From contig JAYUJN010000016.1 of NCBI GenBank assembly GCA_043765195.1, positions 17,761-81,760 of the forward strand: DNA of 64,000 nt, written 5' to 3'. Position numbers and translations under genes: made by a program. Below are positions 57,234 through 64,000 of this stretch, piece by piece. This DNA is from Bacteroidota bacterium. Its GTDB lineage: Bacteria; Bacteroidota; Bacteroidia; UBA7662; JAYUJN01. Under the pieces are notes generated by a model. It saw only the letters and a program-made list of their open reading frames with translations. It was not told the DNA's origin and did not search any database. The first letter of the stretch is position 1. Each line of letters begins with the position of its first letter.

Positions 57234-57241
57234 CAAATATA
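57234..57241 (-). promoter_or_regulatory. -7 box TATATTTG upstream of the orphan nuclease gene, directly abutting the G11 tract
   Basis: The plus strand reads caaatata, about 74 nt upstream of the ATG at 57160. An identical box occurs in the right repeat copy at 58117-58124. Confidence 0.4.
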
Positions 57242-57260
57242 CACATTATTTTTATAACTC

Positions 57261-57302
57261 AAAAAAATTAGGGCTGCTTCAATATGAATGAAACAGCCCT
57301 AA
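57261..57302 (-). terminator. Duplicated, slightly degenerate copy of the ctaD intrinsic terminator, now downstream of hepT
   Basis: The stem TTAGGGCTGCTTC pairs with GAAACAGCCCTAA (one mismatch), with a 9-nt loop, followed on the minus strand by T7. Confidence 0.6.
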
Positions 57303-57392
57303 CGCTATGCAGTTTTATGTGGTTTACTTGCTTTTTATACCCAAAAACGGCAGCAAACGTGTAAATAAAAAACCGTATTACGTGCGGTGATT

Positions 57393-57731
57393 TCACTCGC
57401 CCAAAAGCTGTTTTACCTCTGACTGTAAAAGTGGTAAATGTCTTATTACAATACCCCAAATAACATCGTCCGAAACCGAGTCGTAGCCGTGAATAATTCT
57501 ATTTCTTACATCTACTAACTTTCTCGAATTTGTAATTTCAATACTTTCAGTTTGCTTTAAAATTCGGCTCATAGCCTCGCCAATAATTTCTATATTTCGC
57601 TCAACTGCCCGTTTTGTTCTCAGGTCGTTTTGGTAATTCAAAAACTCTTTTGGATTACCAACAAAAAAACTTTCAATTTCATTTGTGGCGTTCAAAATGT
57701 CGTAAAGCCACGCTTTTATATCATTGTCCAT
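57393..57731 (-). CDS. hepT: HepT-like (DUF86) RNase toxin
   Basis: 112 aa with the R-x4-H-x-Y motif (VRNRIIHGY). Its start overlaps the mnt stop by 11 nt. Confidence 0.85.
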   Translation of the reverse strand: MDNDIKAWLYDILNATNEIESFFVGNPKEFLNYQNDLRTKRAVERNIEIIGEAMSRILKQTESIEITNSRKLVDVRNRIIHGYDSVSDDVIWGIVIRHLPLLQSEVKQLLGE

Positions 57732-58023
57732 AAACCAGTTGTCTTTGTTGAGTTATGGTTTGTCGGAAATAAGGGTTTTTAATCGCTTTGTCTTCCAGCA
57801 AGTCAATGGGTCTTTTTAAAATGTCTTCCAACGAAAATTTTAGGTCAAAATAATTGTCGGCATAATCCAAAACGTCCAATGGATAAAAATCAACGATTAA
57901 ATCAATGTCGCTTTGTCCATTAAATTTACCCGTGAGTACCGAACCAAAGGCATACAAAGTCTTCACCTTGTGGCGCTCACAAAGTTTTGAAATTTCTGAA
58001 TTGTAGTTTTGTAATCTGTTCAT
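57721..58023 (-). CDS. mnt: MNT-type nucleotidyltransferase antitoxin
   Basis: The G-S-x10-D-x-D motif is FGSVLTGKFNGQSDIDLIV. The start is set at the ATG at 58023 (MNRLQNY), because the track's TTG start at 58050 lies on top of the -7 box. Confidence 0.85.
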   Translation of the reverse strand: MNRLQNYNSEISKLCERHKVKTLYAFGSVLTGKFNGQSDIDLIVDFYPLDVLDYADNYFDLKFSLEDILKRPIDLLEDKAIKNPYFRQTITQQRQLVYGQ

Positions 58024-58039
58024 TTGGCTTTCCTTGTTG

Positions 58040-58047
58040 CAAAAGTA
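58040..58047 (-). promoter_or_regulatory. -7 box TACTTTTG upstream of mnt-hepT
   Basis: The plus strand reads caaaagta, 17 nt upstream of the ATG at 58023. Confidence 0.5.
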
Positions 58048-58105
58048 CAAAAAGTATTTTGATTTATCGCCGTGCTTTTAAATTTACGGCGGAGTTGGTA
58101 GAGTT

Positions 58106-58254
58106 CCCCCCCTCCACAAATATACACATTATTTTTATAACTCAAAAAAATTAGGGCTGCTTCAAAATATGAAGCAGCCCTAACGCTATGCAGTTTTATG
58201 TGATTTACTTGCTTTTTATACCCAAAAACGGCAGCAATCGTGTAAATAAAAACA
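58106..58254. repeat. Right (native) copy of the ~150 bp direct repeat. It covers the last ~50 nt of ctaD, its terminator and the downstream sequence.
   Basis: See 57222-57372. Confidence 0.88.
58144..58183 (-). terminator. Rho-independent terminator of ctaD
   Basis: A perfect 13-bp stem (TTAGGGCTGCTTC / GAAGCAGCCCTAA) with a 7-nt loop, followed on the minus strand by T7. It begins 22 nt after the ctaD stop. Confidence 0.8.
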
Positions 58255-60073
58255 CTTCTGCTTTGTCTAAAATGGTCTCTGCGGGTACTGGCTGCTGTTT
58301 TGGGCTGCCTGCCATCTCGTCTGTTCCCATTTCATCGGGTGTGGTTTGCAAAATAAAATCTTTTTCGGCACCGGGCTTGCTATAATCATAAGGCCAGCGG
58401 TGTACGGCTGGTATTTCGCCAGGCCAGTTGCCGTGTATATGCTCCACAGGCGTGGTCCACTCCATTGTGTTGGATTCCCAAGGGTTTTGGGTGGCTTTTG
58501 CGCCCCTAAATATACTGTTAAAGAAATTGTACAAGAATATAAACTGTGCCAAACCAGCCATCATGGCGGCAAGGCTTATGAGTTGGTTTACTTCTACCCA
58601 GTTGTTGTTTTCGCCAAATATGGCGCTAAATGCGTAATAGCGGCGTGGCACGCCATCTATACCCATAAAGTGCATCGGGAAAAACACCAAATATGCAGCC
58701 GCAAACGTGAGCCAAAAGTGTATGTAGCCCAGTTTTTTGTCGAGCATTCTGCCAAACATTTTCGGAAACCAGTGGTAAATGCCCGCCAACATACCAAATA
58801 TAGCCGAACTGCCCATCACCAAGTGAAAGTGCGCCACCACAAAGTAGGTATCGTGTAGGTTTATATCCAAGGCTGCGCTGCCCAAATAAATGCCCGTAAG
58901 TCCGCCGCTGATAAACATCGATACCAAACCGATGGCGAAAAGCATGGCAGGCGTAAAGCGTATGTTTCCACGCCAAAGGGTAGCCAAATAATTAAACGTT
59001 TTTATGGCAGATGGTATGGCTACTGCAAGGGTCATTGCCATGAAAATATTGCCCAAAAATGGGTTCATGCCCGTAATAAACATGTGGTGTCCCCACACAA
59101 TAAACGACAGGAACGATATGCCGAGCAGCGAACCAATCATGGCACGGTAACCAAATATGGGCTTGCGTGCGTTGGTGGCTATAATTTCGGAGGACAAACC
59201 CAAGGCTGGCATCAAAATGATATATACCTCGGGGTGCCCCAAGAACCAAAAAAGGTGCTGGTAAAGCACTGGGCTGCCGCCCGCTCTGGCTAAGGCTTCG
59301 CCGCCGATGTAAATTTCGTTTAGGTAAAAACTGGTGCCGAAGCTCCTATCAAAAACCAATAAAAACGCCGCCGAAAGCAACACTGGGAACGATAGCACGC
59401 CCAAAATTGCGGTGCAAAAGAACGCCCAAATGGTTAGTGGCATACGGGTCATTTTCATGCCTGTGGTGCGCAGGTTTATTACGGTAGCGATGTAGTTTAT
59501 ACCGCCCATAAGCGATGAGCCTATAAAAAGTACCATCGAAACCAGCCAAAGCGTCATGCCCAAACCCGAGCCGCTCATGGCTTGTGGCAAGGCACTTAGT
59601 GGTGGGTAAACCGTCCAGCCGCCCGAGGCGGGTCCTGTTTCTATAAAAAACGAGGCGAGCATTACCACCGATGAGCAAAAGAAAAACCAATACGAAAGCA
59701 TATTGATAAATGGCGCAGCCATATCTCTTGCACCCAGTTGGAGGGGAATTAGTAAATTGCTAAATGTGCCACTTAGCCCAGCCGTGAGTACAAAAAATAC
59801 CATGATTGTGCCGTGCATCGTTACCAATGCCAAGTAAAACTGTGGGTCTAATTTGCCGCCCTTGCCCCATTTGCCTATAATACTTTCGAGCCAAGGCAGC
59901 TCGGCGTTGGGCCACCCAAGCTGTACCCTAAACAGCAATGAAATTAGCATTCCGATTACGCCCATGCTTATGCCCGTAATCAAAAACTGCTTGGCTATCA
60001 TTTTGTGGTCTTGCGAAAAAACGTACTTGGTTATAAACGTTTCTTTGTGGTGGTGTTCGTGTTGGTTTGCCAT
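58205..60073 (-). CDS. ctaD: Cytochrome c oxidase subunit I
   Basis: 622 aa with 12 or more TM helices and heme-copper oxidase blocks (WFFGHPEVYIL-like LFWFLGHPEVYIILMP, HHMF, VVAHFHLVM). Confidence 0.95.
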   Translation of the reverse strand: MANQHEHHHKETFITKYVFSQDHKMIAKQFLITGISMGVIGMLISLLFRVQLGWPNAELPWLESIIGKWGKGGKLDPQFYLALVTMHGTIMVFFVLTAGLSGTFSNLLIPLQLGARDMAAPFINMLSYWFFFCSSVVMLASFFIETGPASGGWTVYPPLSALPQAMSGSGLGMTLWLVSMVLFIGSSLMGGINYIATVINLRTTGMKMTRMPLTIWAFFCTAILGVLSFPVLLSAAFLLVFDRSFGTSFYLNEIYIGGEALARAGGSPVLYQHLFWFLGHPEVYIILMPALGLSSEIIATNARKPIFGYRAMIGSLLGISFLSFIVWGHHMFITGMNPFLGNIFMAMTLAVAIPSAIKTFNYLATLWRGNIRFTPAMLFAIGLVSMFISGGLTGIYLGSAALDINLHDTYFVVAHFHLVMGSSAIFGMLAGIYHWFPKMFGRMLDKKLGYIHFWLTFAAAYLVFFPMHFMGIDGVPRRYYAFSAIFGENNNWVEVNQLISLAAMMAGLAQFIFLYNFFNSIFRGAKATQNPWESNTMEWTTPVEHIHGNWPGEIPAVHRWPYDYSKPGAEKDFILQTTPDEMGTDEMAGSPKQQPVPAETILDKAEVFLFTRLLPFLGIKSK

Positions 60074-60107
60074 TTTTATAAATAACTTTAAGGTGTTTAT
60101 TTTCGTT

Positions 60108-61199
60108 TTAGTTGAGCGCTACCTGCGCTTTTGGTGCTTCATTGAAAGAGGGCGTTTGCGCCTGCAACCACTTGTCGTACTCGGGGCGGGTTACTACTTT
60201 TATCAGCCTTTTCATGTTAAAGTGCGCCGAGCCGCATATTTTATTACAAAAAAGGAGGTAGTCAAAGTCATAATCGTTGCGTATCTGACGCATTTCGTCG
60301 GTTGTATAAATGGGTGTGAGGTAAAACTGCGTGGGCATACCTGGCACTACGTTCATTTGCATTCTGAAATCGGGTATGTATGCGCTGTGTATTACATCTT
60401 GCGCCCTAAGCCGAAACATTACGGGTTCATTCACAGGCAAATAAATTACATCTGCCTTAAAATCGTCTTTTGTATTGGGGTCTTTGCTATCTATACCCAT
60501 GTCGTTTGTGCCGCCTATGAGCTTGTAGTTGTGCTTGCCAAGTGTGGCATCTGCGCCTGCATAGCGAGCTTTCCACCCAAACTGGTAGGCGTACAGCTCC
60601 ACGGTATTCACCTTTGCGCCCTCGGGCGGGTGCTGCGTAATAGCCGACCAAACTTTTAGCCCATAAACCACCAAACCGAGTAGCACCACGCCTGGAATCA
60701 CCGTCCATACAAACTCTAAGGTGTGGTTATCGGGGTAATAAAGGGCGGTATGTCCTTTTCTGGCTCTGTACTTATAAGCAAACCAAAATAGCAATACGTG
60801 CGTGGCTATAAATACCGCAAATGTGATGTAAAATGTAACCATAAACAGCTCATCTACCACAGCGGCGTGCTGCGAGCCCGCCGTAGTCATGGATAGCGTG
60901 CCGTATTCCATTATCTGCCAAAAAACGTAGCCAAAAAACAACACGCCAAACACCAAAAACAATGCGCCGTTTATCGCATTCCAGTTGAGTACACGCTCGC
61001 CTTTGGTTTTATATACGTTGTTTAGCAGCCTAAGCGACATCAAAAGCACCGCACCCAGCAGCGAAAACGCCAAGATATACAAAAATATGGTCGTTAGCGG
61101 CACCGATGCAGCAGCCAACAGCGAGCTTGCCTCGGCAGTTTGGTTCATAAAAAGCGAAAATGCTCCGATAAAAAGGACTTTTTTCAAAAATTTGCTCAT
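60108..61199 (-). CDS. coxB: Cytochrome c oxidase subunit II
   Basis: 363 aa with N-terminal TM helices and a CuA-type site (DVIHSAYIPDF ... CNKICGSAHFNM, i.e. H...CxxxCGxxHxxM). Confidence 0.88.
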   Translation of the reverse strand: MSKFLKKVLFIGAFSLFMNQTAEASSLLAAASVPLTTIFLYILAFSLLGAVLLMSLRLLNNVYKTKGERVLNWNAINGALFLVFGVLFFGYVFWQIMEYGTLSMTTAGSQHAAVVDELFMVTFYITFAVFIATHVLLFWFAYKYRARKGHTALYYPDNHTLEFVWTVIPGVVLLGLVVYGLKVWSAITQHPPEGAKVNTVELYAYQFGWKARYAGADATLGKHNYKLIGGTNDMGIDSKDPNTKDDFKADVIYLPVNEPVMFRLRAQDVIHSAYIPDFRMQMNVVPGMPTQFYLTPIYTTDEMRQIRNDYDFDYLLFCNKICGSAHFNMKRLIKVVTRPEYDKWLQAQTPSFNEAPKAQVALN

Positions 61200-61281
61200 T
61201 TCTAATTCAAGTTATGTTCGTACTTCACAGCTATAAACAAATACAACTGCTTTTGGTTTTTATTTTTATACTTTTAAAGCA

Positions 61282-61289
61282 CAAAAGTA
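61282..61289 (-). promoter_or_regulatory. -7 box TACTTTTG upstream of coxB-ctaD
   Basis: The plus strand reads caaaagta, 83 nt upstream of the ATG at 61199. Confidence 0.4.
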
Positions 61290-61421
61290 CGCCCAAATAC
61301 GTAATTTTCAAAACATTTAACGTCGCCTGTTTTACCAATCCACACTATTTAGATTTGTTTTAAATAATAAAACCTCCCAAAATAAAAATATGCCCAAAAC
61401 CGAACCATAACCCACATTTTT

Positions 61422-61429
61422 TATGTTTG
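61422..61429 (+). promoter_or_regulatory. -7 box TATGTTTG upstream of the ABC transporter gene
   Basis: Matches TAnnTTTG and lies 47 nt upstream of the ATG at 61476. Confidence 0.45.
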
Positions 61430-61475
61430 GTTAGCTGTGCCATTCCGCACTTTTGCCCGTTACGCATTATTTTCA

Positions 61476-63281
61476 ATGAAACATTTAAAGTACCTCAATA
61501 AATTTTTTTTTAAGTACAAATTACTTCTGGCGGGCGGTTTAATCGCCGTGGTGGTTTCCAACATATTTGGGGTGATGTATCCGCCCGTTTTTAGGTATTC
61601 CATCGACCTTATTACCGAAAGTATTCATATTTTTAATACCTTCAACCACACCAAACTACAAAACGAAGTATATAGCCTTTTTACACATTACCTGCTCATA
61701 TTTGCGCTGGTGGTGCTGGTGCTTACGCTCATAAAGGGCTTTTTTTTATACCTCATGCGCCAAACGCTTATCGTAATGAGCCGTGAAGTGGAGTTTGACC
61801 TAAAAAATGAATTGTACGCCAAATACCAAGAACTAAGTATTTCTTTTTTTCGGCGCAACAAAACGGGCGACCTCATGGCACGCATCAGCGAAGACGTGGG
61901 CAAGGTGCGTATGTACATAGGACCAGGCGTGATGTACTCGGTGAATATGGTGATTATGCTCGTTTTTACGATTTATACCATGCTTCGGGTAAATGCCGAA
62001 CTGACCATGTACGTACTTTTGCCGCTGCCGCTGCTTTCGGTGGCTGTTTTTTATGTAAACAACATTATACTGCGCCGCAGCAAAAAAATACAAGAGCAGC
62101 TCGCCACCATAAATAGTTTTAGCCAAGAGGCGTACTCGGGCATTCGGGTGATAAAAGGCTATGGGCGTGAGGGCATTTTTAGCAATTTGTTCTCGCACGA
62201 GCTCGATGTTTTTAAGCAAAGAACGCTGGCTATGGTTCGGGTAGATGCCTTGTTTTTTCCGTTAATTATGGCACTGATGGGCATTAGCACCATACTTACG
62301 GTGTATATAGGTGGCTTAAAACTGACGGAGGGTACAGTTTCGGCGGGGAACATAGCGGAGTTTGTGATATACGTAAACCTACTGGGTTTTCCCGTTACCA
62401 GCGTTGGTTGGGTGGCATCTATGATTCAGCAGGCGGCGGCATCGCAGGCACGCATCAATGAGTTTTTGGAAACAAAACCCGAAATAGACAAAACCGCAGG
62501 CAAAGTAATGGAAATAAACGGCGATATAGCCTTTGATAATGTATCGTTTGTGTATCAGGATTCGGGCATTGAGGCTTTAAAAAATGTGAGTTTTTCGATA
62601 AAAAAGGGCGAAACCATAGGCATAGTAGGCAAAACAGGCAGCGGCAAAAGTACCATAGCCGCACTACTGGCACGCCTCTACGATGCCAGCAGCGGCAAAA
62701 TACAAATAGACGAACACGATATACAAGCCATTAACCCCGTGAGCCTGCGGGCGCAGATAGGCTATGTGCCGCAAGATGTGTTTTTGTTTTCGGATACAAT
62801 AGCCAACAACATTGCTTTTGGGGCTACCGAAACAACCCAAGCCCAAATAGAAACCGCCGCCCAGCAGGCATCGGTGTACGACAATATTTTGCAGTTTGAG
62901 CATGGCTTCAACACCATTTTGGGTGAGCGAGGCATTACGCTTTCGGGCGGACAAAAACAGCGTGTAGCCATAGCCAGAGCCATTGTTCGGCAACCGAAAA
63001 TATTTATTTTCGACGATTGCCTCGGCGCATTGGATACAAACACCGAGAGAGAAGTGCTAAACAACCTAAAAAAACTGTCGGAAAACACAACGACAGTGAT
63101 TATTAGCCACAGAATTTCGTCGGTGATGGCTGCCGACCACATCATTGTGCTAAACGATGGCGTGGTTGCGGAGCAGGGTTCGCACCAAAGTTTGGTGGCT
63201 GCCAAGGGTTATTACAACGCCATTTTTAGAAAACAACAGGTAGAAAACCGAGTAGATGCGCTGGCTGAACTACCTAACTAA
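61476..63281 (+). CDS. ABC transporter, fused permease/ATP-binding protein (MsbA/MdlB-like exporter)
   Basis: Trimmed from the GTG at 61437 to the ATG at 61476 (MKHLKYLNKFF). It has six TM helices, then Walker A GKTGSGKST, signature LSGGQKQRVAIARA and Walker B IFIFDD. Confidence 0.9.
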   Translation: MKHLKYLNKFFFKYKLLLAGGLIAVVVSNIFGVMYPPVFRYSIDLITESIHIFNTFNHTKLQNEVYSLFTHYLLIFALVVLVLTLIKGFFLYLMRQTLIVMSREVEFDLKNELYAKYQELSISFFRRNKTGDLMARISEDVGKVRMYIGPGVMYSVNMVIMLVFTIYTMLRVNAELTMYVLLPLPLLSVAVFYVNNIILRRSKKIQEQLATINSFSQEAYSGIRVIKGYGREGIFSNLFSHELDVFKQRTLAMVRVDALFFPLIMALMGISTILTVYIGGLKLTEGTVSAGNIAEFVIYVNLLGFPVTSVGWVASMIQQAAASQARINEFLETKPEIDKTAGKVMEINGDIAFDNVSFVYQDSGIEALKNVSFSIKKGETIGIVGKTGSGKSTIAALLARLYDASSGKIQIDEHDIQAINPVSLRAQIGYVPQDVFLFSDTIANNIAFGATETTQAQIETAAQQASVYDNILQFEHGFNTILGERGITLSGGQKQRVAIARAIVRQPKIFIFDDCLGALDTNTEREVLNNLKKLSENTTTVIISHRISSVMAADHIIVLNDGVVAEQGSHQSLVAAKGYYNAIFRKQQVENRVDALAELPN

Positions 63282-64000
63282 GTTTACCTCTGGCTCTAAA
63301 TCTATACCGAACTTTTGGGTTACGGCGGTACGAATTTCTTGGGCAAAATCCCAAATTTGTGCGCCCGTGGCTTGCCCGTAGTTTACAAGAACCAGCGCAT
63401 GGTTGCGGTAAGTACCCGTTTCGCCGCTTCTTTTGCCTTTGTAGCCGCATTGGTCTATGAGCCAAGCTGCGGATAGTTTCATGTCGTTTTCGCCGTTTTT
63501 ATAGCCCGAAATGCTGGGATAGCTGGCTTTTAGGGCGTCAAATACGACTTGCGCCACCACAGGATTTTTGAAAAAACTGCCCGCATTGCCCACCACGGCT
63601 GGGTTGGGGAGCTTGGCTTGGCGCACCGCCACCACGGCTGCCGCCACTTGGGCTATGCTGGGCTGGGCCATGCCTTGGGCGTGCAGGTATTCGGCTATGC
63701 CTGCGTATTGGGTTTGGGGCTGGTGCGGCGGTTTTTGCAGCTCAAAACCAACTTGGGTGATGATAAATTTATTTTTTAGGTCAGTCTTAAAAATGCTGCT
63801 GCGGTAGCCAAAGGCGCAAGCTGGGGCGGCGATGGTTTCGAGGCGTTTGGTATCTAAGTTATAGCCCGTAACTTGGTGGCAAATGTCTTTGAGTTCCATG
63901 CCGTAAGCCCCGATGTTTTGTATGGGTGCTGCGCCCACGGTGCCTGGTATTAGGGCTAAGTTTTCGGTATTTGCCCAGTTTTGAGCAATGCAGTGGCACA
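63270..64000 (-). CDS. murB: UDP-N-acetylenolpyruvoylglucosamine reductase (3' part; the N-terminus lies beyond the window)
   Basis: The frame stays open to position 64000: hand translation upstream of the track's GTG gives CHCIAQNWANTENLALIPGTVGAAPIQNIGAYG. The IPGT-VGAAPIQNIGAYG block is typical of MurB. It overlaps the ABC gene end by 12 nt in convergent orientation. Confidence 0.9.
   Translation of the reverse strand, partial: CHCIAQNWANTENLALIPGTVGAAPIQNIGAYGMELKDICHQVTGYNLDTKRLETIAAPACAFGYRSSIFKTDLKNKFIITQVGFELQKPPHQPQTQYAGIAEYLHAQGMAQPSIAQVAAAVVAVRQAKLPNPAVVGNAGSFFKNPVVAQVVFDALKASYPSISGYKNGENDMKLSAAWLIDQCGYKGKRSGETGTYRNHALVLVNYGQATGAQIWDFAQEIRTAVTQKFGIDLEPEVNLVR

Larger units (their letters stand above)
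57222..57372. repeat. Left copy of a ~150 bp direct repeat. It holds the ctaD 3'-end remnant, a terminator copy and a -7 box.
   Basis: It aligns with 58106-58254 at roughly 90% or better by eye, e.g. ACAAATATACACATTATTTTTATAACTCAAAAAAATTAGGGCTGCTTC and CCCTAACGCTATGCAGTTTTATGTG(G/A)TTTACTTGCTTTTTATACCCAAAAACGGCAGCAA(A/T)CGTGTAAATAAAAA. Confidence 0.88.

Noticed and set aside
57268-57459. A 63-aa minus-strand ORF between hepT and the orphan nuclease gene.
   Set aside because: It is created by the duplicated ctaD 3' remnant and the terminator copy, and it reads through the hairpin. It is not a plausible gene.
13096-61400. The recurrent word (T)ATGCCCAAAA in many intergenic regions (e.g. 13097, 26119, 26151, 29845, 32424, 32602, 55224, 61390), always on the plus strand. 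I considered it as a REP-like element or an extended -33 promoter element.
   Set aside because: GCCCAAAA and its complement TTTTGGGC are also very frequent inside coding regions throughout the window (e.g. in hemW, gatA, the acyltransferase gene, pckA and ctaD). Its spacing to the -7 boxes is also inconsistent (4 to 13 nt). This looks like a genome-wide oligonucleotide bias. A genome-wide over-representation test would be needed to revive the idea.
1-64000. A search for CRISPR arrays, tRNA/rRNA genes, transposases, integrases and prophage genes.
   Set aside because: None was seen. There are no regularly spaced short direct repeats, no cloverleaf-like or rRNA-like segments in the intergenic regions, and no ORF with DDE, tyrosine-recombinase or serine-recombinase motifs.

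Overview
The window looks like a chromosomal segment from a Bacteroidota-type bacterium. The basis is recurrent TAnnTTTG -7 promoter boxes 15-85 nt upstream of start codons, no obvious Shine-Dalgarno sequences, a CarboxypepD_reg-type TonB-dependent receptor, DUF3078-like outer-membrane proteins, and a giant Thr/Ala/Gly-rich surface protein. Housekeeping genes dominate, mostly on the minus strand: hemW, sufE, gatA, tatA, pheS, pckA, pyrD, deoC, rlmN, alaS, pepP, valS, ctaD/coxB, murB, a dNK/nupC salvage pair and a GGGPS-GT4-methyltransferase cluster.

Four things stand out.

1. Positions 1-9380 are one open minus-strand frame. It starts with a signal peptide at 9380 and runs off the window. The ORF track omits it, apparently because it has no in-window stop. 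It encodes a protein of more than 3,100 aa with three ~1.8 kb super-repeats.

2. An AT-rich two-gene operon lies at 42775-44554: an ABC/AAA_21-like ATPase plus a small protein with a PD-(D/E)XK-like D...ExK motif. This is my best candidate for an uncharacterised defence system.

3. An HTH + C5-methyltransferase + PD-ExK restriction endonuclease cassette (30032-32376) sits between the TonB receptor gene and deoC. It is flanked by a ~95 bp duplication of host sequence, which places a copy of the host promoter in front of the endonuclease gene.

4. An MNT/HepT toxin-antitoxin pair (57393-58023) lies downstream of ctaD, flanked by a ~150 bp duplication containing the ctaD 3' end and its terminator. 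Next to it is an orphan PD-(D/E)XK nuclease gene preceded by a G11 tract.

I found no rRNA, tRNA, CRISPR array, transposase or integrase. The ORF track accepts TTG/GTG starts, so several listed ORFs are over-extended at the N-terminus; I trimmed those where the sequence supports it. Family names come from motifs read by eye and were not checked against any database.
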